From assembly GCF_016433145.1 (NCBI RefSeq), contig NC_058131.1, positions 394,560,720 to 394,624,719 of the forward strand: a stretch of DNA of 64,000 nucleotides, in the 5' to 3' direction. Position numbers and translations under genes: made by a program. The DNA comes from Gracilinanus agilis (Eukaryota). Within the stretch, counting starts at the first letter, position 1. Every line of letters starts with the position of its first letter. Positions 62,401 through 64,000 of the stretch are shown here, in pieces. Under the pieces are notes generated by a model. That model had not been told where the DNA came from, made no database searches, and saw nothing but the letters and a program-made list of their open reading frames with translations.

Positions 62401-63756
62401 GCTAGGGGTGATTTTTGTGTAGATAATTTATATACAGCTTGTACCTTAGGAAGATTATTTTGGTAGTTTTTCGAAAGATGAATTGAGTGGGGGGAATGAG
62501 GGGTGCCCCCAAGACTGGTGAGGAGAGTATTAAAATAAGTTAGGCTATAGGAGACAAATGAGTTGGAGAAGGAAATGGCAAACTTTTCCAGCATCTTTGC
62601 CAAAAAAATCCCCAAACAGGGTCACAAAGAATCAAACACAACCGAAATGACTGAACCATAACAATAATATGAGATCAGAGTGAAGAGATGTGTAGCAATG
62701 AGCTGGAACTAGAGCAGGAATTCCCATGGCCCTCCACCTCCAACTAATAGCCTATGAATATTCTTGGCTATGGCAAAGAAACTTGGTTCCTTGTGATTTT
62801 TTTTTTCCCCTCCCAAAAAGTCACTTGTGGGATCAATAAGTAGTCCTGCATCTTTCCTCTGTAAGGTAGAGCCCTGGTAAAGACTTCAGGAATGATATCC
62901 TGGCTGGCTTCCTCCTATGGAAGACATCCTTCCCTGCCTTTGAGGCTCCATCACTGTCCAAGTCAGTTTATCTAAGTTGTTGCAGTAGAAGGTATTTATC
63001 ATCAGAAATAAACCTGTTGGTTTAATTTGAGTACAAAGAATATGCCTAAATATTTCTCTCTATTCTCTCTAAATATTTCTTTTTGTTTGAGGGAGGCACT
63101 GGATTCTTCTACAGCCCCTCACTGAGATAGGTCCAAAGGATATGTTAATTCCAATAATAAGGAGAGAATGGTCCTGTTGTGTGTTTGTGTTTGTGCCTGT
63201 ATGAATGGGCTGGGGGCCGGTTGAACATAGCCAACCCACGGAGCTAATGACTTTGGGGCAATCAAGGCTTGAGCTGTCAGCAGCCTGTGAACAGGATTCA
63301 CCCTGCTAATAGAATTGGGAGTTTGAGCTATAGGTGACAAAGGGAACTGGCAGCAGAGATGAATGAAGGTGTGATCGCCTGGGAAGTGTTATGGAAATAA
63401 TGAGGCACTACTCTTCATATACAAAGAAAGTCTCCACAGGAAGTAGCATGGCCAAAGGGGAAGAACATGGGATTGAACCAGAGATGGACTGGAGGGGAGT
63501 TCCTGCTTGGAGATTTCCTAGCTGGGTGATGGTAGCCCAGTCACTAAAAGTCTCCAGGCTTCTGTTTTTTCATTCAAGAAATGGGAAACCTGAAATGTGC
63601 TTATGGTTATTGTAAGGAAAGTATTTTTTTAAACCTCCAAGTGCTATGGAAATGAGAACTGTGACTTTCATTATTTCATTTTCTTCGCTTTATCCATGAA
63701 GAATTCATTACCTTATTTTTTTATTTTTATACCTTATAATATTATTGGGCTGGGGT

Positions 63757-63942
63757 GGGGCAACTAGGTGGCTCAAGAAATGGAGAGCCAAGCCTAGAGA
63801 TGTGAAGTCCTGGGTTCAGATCTGAATTCAGACACTTCCTAACTCTGTGACCCTAGTCAAGTCACTTGCCCCCATTGCCTAACTTGTTGCCCTTCTGCCT
63901 TGAAACTAATACACAGTATTGCTTCCAAGTTGGAAGATAAGA
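63757..63942 (+). mobile_element. Mdo-type SINE
   Basis: Head, core and tail. Confidence 0.85.
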
Positions 63943-64000
63943 TCATTAGTTATTAAAATTAACTTATCATTTATTAATTCTACATTATAATTAATAATTA

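Noticed and set aside
1-64000. Bbeta2 (MKCFSRYL...) exon, downstream ADIISTVEF exon, tRNA/rRNA/snRNA genes, CRISPR arrays
   Set aside because: Looked for by eye and not found. tRNA-like A/B boxes all belong to SINE heads, and the recurring motifs are dispersed SINEs, not a repeat-spacer array.

Overview
Marsupial genomic DNA, most likely the opossum Monodelphis domestica. This is inferred from the repeat content: Mdo-type tRNA/CORE SINEs, MAR1, RTE, L1, L2, L3 and hAT MITEs. The window holds the CpG-island promoter and first coding exon of PPP2R2B (PP2A regulatory subunit B55beta, Bbeta1 isoform; + strand, CDS 6797-6866, [23 protein letters not shown]). About 57 kb of the following very large intron fills the rest; the next coding exon (ADIISTVEF...) is not in the window. 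The promoter carries the marsupial counterpart of the human SCA12 CAG repeat, here heavily interrupted. Features not explained by the standard annotation: (1) two tandem uORFs, the second with a stronger Kozak context than the main ATG and overlapping it out of frame; (2) a cryptic cassette exon at 27342-27447 resembling the human isoform N-terminus MNYPDENTYGNK but lacking its ATG; (3) a self-templated 33-bp-arm hairpin inside a SINE just downstream of that exon; (4) a very young chimeric SINE with an RTE-like tail and a 40-nt 5' extension inside its TSD; (5) an intronic REST/RE1 site and a double-MEF2 cluster; (6) an identical 34-bp direct repeat bracketing the promoter. Human comparisons are from memory and need database confirmation. 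Boundaries of old repeats are approximate, and repeat family names are tentative without RepeatMasker.
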